From: Octopus vulgaris | Taxonomy: Eukaryota | Assembly: GCA_951406725.2 (NCBI GenBank) | Contig: OX597817.1 | Span: forward strand, 15,500,001-15,564,000 | Direction: 5' to 3' | DNA length: 64,000 nt | Shown: in pieces, positions 61,614 through 64,000 of the stretch | Numbering within the stretch: position 1 is the first letter of the stretch | Layout of the letters: each line of letters begins with the position of its first letter | The notes under the pieces: generated by a model | What the model was told of the DNA's origin: nothing | Seen by the model: the letters and a program-made list of their open reading frames with translations, nothing else | The model's database searches: none | Program-made: the position numbers and the translations under genes

Positions 61614-62009
61614 GCGCCAGCAGCACCTGTTCAAGAATTTGGACCTGGAGATCTCCATTTCCAGCGACTTCGAGGGCCACCTCCCAGTGGCGTCGGGCGT
61701 CAACGAAGAGCCCTCGACTACAACAAGACGATCAAAGTTTGTTTTTTTTCCCCAAGGTCTGGGGTCTCCCGCCCCCTAAGCCCTAGACCATCACCTAATC
61801 ACCCTTACCCGGTTGTTGCTTAGCAACAACAACTACAGCGGCAGCAGCAGAAGCAGCCACATAATATTGTAGATGGGGGAAAATGAAAATGGGAGGAAGA
61901 CTACTTGACATGTCAGGATGAGAGGACATGAGAAGAGGACTTTATATGTACAGCGTGAGTGAGTGGTCTCAGGATATTTTTTGTGTAGAGCAGAGCAAAA
62001 CTTTAACAA

Positions 62010-62431
62010 GGCGTAGGAGTGGCTGTGTGGTAAGTAGCTTGTTTACCAACCACATGGTTCTGGGTTCAGTCCCACTGCGTGGCACCTTGGGCAAGTGTCT
62101 TCTACTATAGCCTTAGGCCAACCAAAGCCTTGTGAGTGGATTTGGTAGACGGAAACTGAAAGAAGCCCGTCGTATATATGTATATTTATATGCATGTGTG
62201 TGTTTGTGTGTCTGTGTTTGTCCCCCTAGCATTGCTTGACAACCGATGCTGGTGTGTCTATGTCCCCGTTACCGAGCGGTTCGGCAAAAGAGACCGATAG
62301 AATAAGTACTGGGCTTACAAAAGAATAAGTCCTGGGGTCGAGTTGCTCGATTAAAGGCGGTGCTCCAGCATGGCCGCAGTCAAATGACTGAAACAAGTAA
62401 AAGTAAGTAAAAGTAAGTAAAAGTAAGTAAA
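62010..62431 (+). mobile_element. Full-length CORE-like SINE ending about 70 bp before an exon
   Basis: Consensus match with an (AAGTAAAAGT)n tail. Confidence 0.9.
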
Positions 62432-62500
62432 GTTTTTGATCAAAATAACTAAACTGATTGTTTGTTTTTTTTCATGTTTATTGCCTTTTCTGTTGTTAAG

Positions 62501-62662
62501 GTTTCTGAGTTGAAGCAACAGCTGAAACAATATCAAAATAAAGCCACAGGCAAAAATAATCCTGACGGTGAGAGCAATGTCAGTGAAGCCAATATTTCTG
62601 AACAAAACAGCAGTAACCAGGCACTGAGGCAATTAATCAAAAGCAGAAAAGAGAATCAGGAA
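62501..62662 (+). CDS. CCDC13: CCDC13 exon (VSELKQQLKQYQNK...ALRQLIKSRKENQE); gene continues beyond the window
   Basis: ttaag| and |gtaagt, 162 nt, phase 0-0; aligns to human VQELEKQL..IRSLEREKQE. Confidence 0.85.
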
Positions 62663-62764
62663 GTAAGTATTTCTACAAATATATGATGCTTAGTATTAAT
62701 CTTTTTAAAATGGCCATATAATTGATCATGATAAAATCATCATCATCATCATCATTACCATCAC

Positions 62765-63588
62765 CATAGAGGTTTGCCTCCATAGAGGTTCGCTTTAAGG
62801 ACGCAGAAATGGCAAGACAACATTCAGTCACAACACTGAAAACTACAGAAGTGGCATTGCTACCCTTGTATCTGGGACATAGAACATCCCGGATCAAAAT
62901 AGAAGAGGTAGACATAGATCGGCTAACTGCAGTGCTCTGCTGTAGCAGGGAAGATAAAATTAACATCTTGAAAATTATACATTCTGGTCCCCACCAAAAT
63001 TGGTTGGGGCAGAACATAGAAATTTTGATTCAGGCCACACCGGTGGACCTTGAAGAAATCCCCAATCGGATGGTAATTGGGGATGAAACTATTTTAAAAA
63101 TACAGGTTGATGGGAGGAAGCCATGCTACTACAAGTGTGGCAAAAAAGGGCCACATCAGACCAAAGTGCAGCACCTCTAAAACATAGGATGATGATGAGC
63201 CCACCCCTCTCGACTACAGAAAAAGCTGAAAAAACAAGAAGTGGGAAGAAAAAAAGGAAGAAAAAGCGAAGACCCCCCCCCCCCCAGCAGATGACATGGA
63301 GGCTGCCATAACAGAGGAGGAATTTGAAGAGGTGAAAAGGAAACCAAAAAAAAGACAGTGTGTGTCACCCACGCCCTCCCAGCCGCACACACCCACAATA
63401 AACGAACATCACCCTAAAAAATATTAATATCCCACCCCTTTACCCATAAGGCCCCAACAGACACGACCACACTGGTCAAATATAACAAAAAGGACGTGTA
63501 CCTAGATGGCATTATAAAACACCACCTGACCAAGGTATATGGTGTAAGTGGATATACCTGTATGGATCTTACATTATATAAACAATTG
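62765..63588 (+). mobile_element. Decayed ORF1 of a Tx1/L1-like LINE
   Basis: IEVRFKDAEMARQH..LLPLYLG..VDGRKPCYYKCGKKGPH zinc-knuckle region followed by a Lys/Pro-rich tail; homologous to about 23020-23480. Confidence 0.65.
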
Positions 63589-63974
63589 GCGGAGGCGCAA
63601 TGGCCCAGTGGTTAGGGCAGCGGACTCGCGGTCATAGGATCGCGGTTTCGATTCCCAGACCGGGCGTTGTGAGTGTTTATTGAGCGAAAACACCTAAAGC
63701 TCCACGAGTCTCCGGCAGGGGATTGGTGGTGATCCCTGCTGTACTCTTTCACCACAACTTTCTCTCACTCTTACTTCCTGTTTCTGTTGTACCTGTATTT
63801 CAAAGGGCCGGCCTTGTCACTCTCTGTGTCACGCTGAATATCCCCGACAACTACGTTAAGGGTACACGTGTCTGTGGAGTGCTCAGTCACTTACACGTTA
63901 ATTTCACGAGCAGGCTGTTCCGTTGATTCGGATCAACTGGAACCCTCGTTGTCGTAACCGACGGAGTGCTTCCA
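63589..63974 (+). mobile_element. tRNA(Arg)-like-headed SINE (octopus OR-type), apparently young
   Basis: TGGCCCAGTGG A-box, GGACTCGCGGTC anticodon arm (TCG), GTTTCGATTCCC B-box; perfect 14-bp TSD TATATAAACAATTG at 63575-63588 and 63975-63988. Confidence 0.85.
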
Positions 63975-64000
63975 TATATAAACAATTGAAAGAGAGAAAA

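Noticed and set aside
63589-63665. tRNA-Arg gene (and other tRNA-like heads in the window)
   Set aside because: No proper acceptor stem or T-run terminator; continues into a SINE body bounded by a TSD.

Overview
AT-rich, intron-containing animal genomic DNA, almost certainly a coleoid cephalopod (Octopus), judged from the tRNA-derived SINE families and the very high density of (TA)n, (CA)n and (CATA)n microsatellites. The only host gene I can support is the 5' half of a + strand CCDC13 orthologue (ciliary/centriolar-satellite coiled-coil protein). It has seven phase-compatible GT-AG exons between 36.4 and 62.7 kb, a second identical copy of the first of these at 32.8 kb, and a candidate RFX X-box promoter with 5' exon near 14.8 kb. 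The gene continues past the window end. The rest is mostly nested mobile DNA: a full-length 3.86-kb hAT transposon with TIRs, an 8-bp TSD and an open 713-aa transposase ORF; two non-autonomous Helitron families, including head-to-tail concatemers; decayed CRE, RTE, CR1/L2, Tx1/L1-like, Gypsy, mariner and Penelope elements; MULE, piggyBac and Tc1/mariner MITEs; and dozens of SINE copies. The most interesting observations are the duplicated identical exon, the near-intact hAT, a Penelope palindrome with hammerhead-ribozyme-like cores, Helitrons carrying an X-box-like captured segment, a conserved-core/(CA)n-spacer array, and repeated close inverted SINE pairs within the pre-mRNA. Most ORFs in the supplied track are microsatellite or SINE artefacts. 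All homology calls rest on motif recognition by eye; no searches were run, and repeat boundaries are approximate unless a TSD or terminus is quoted.
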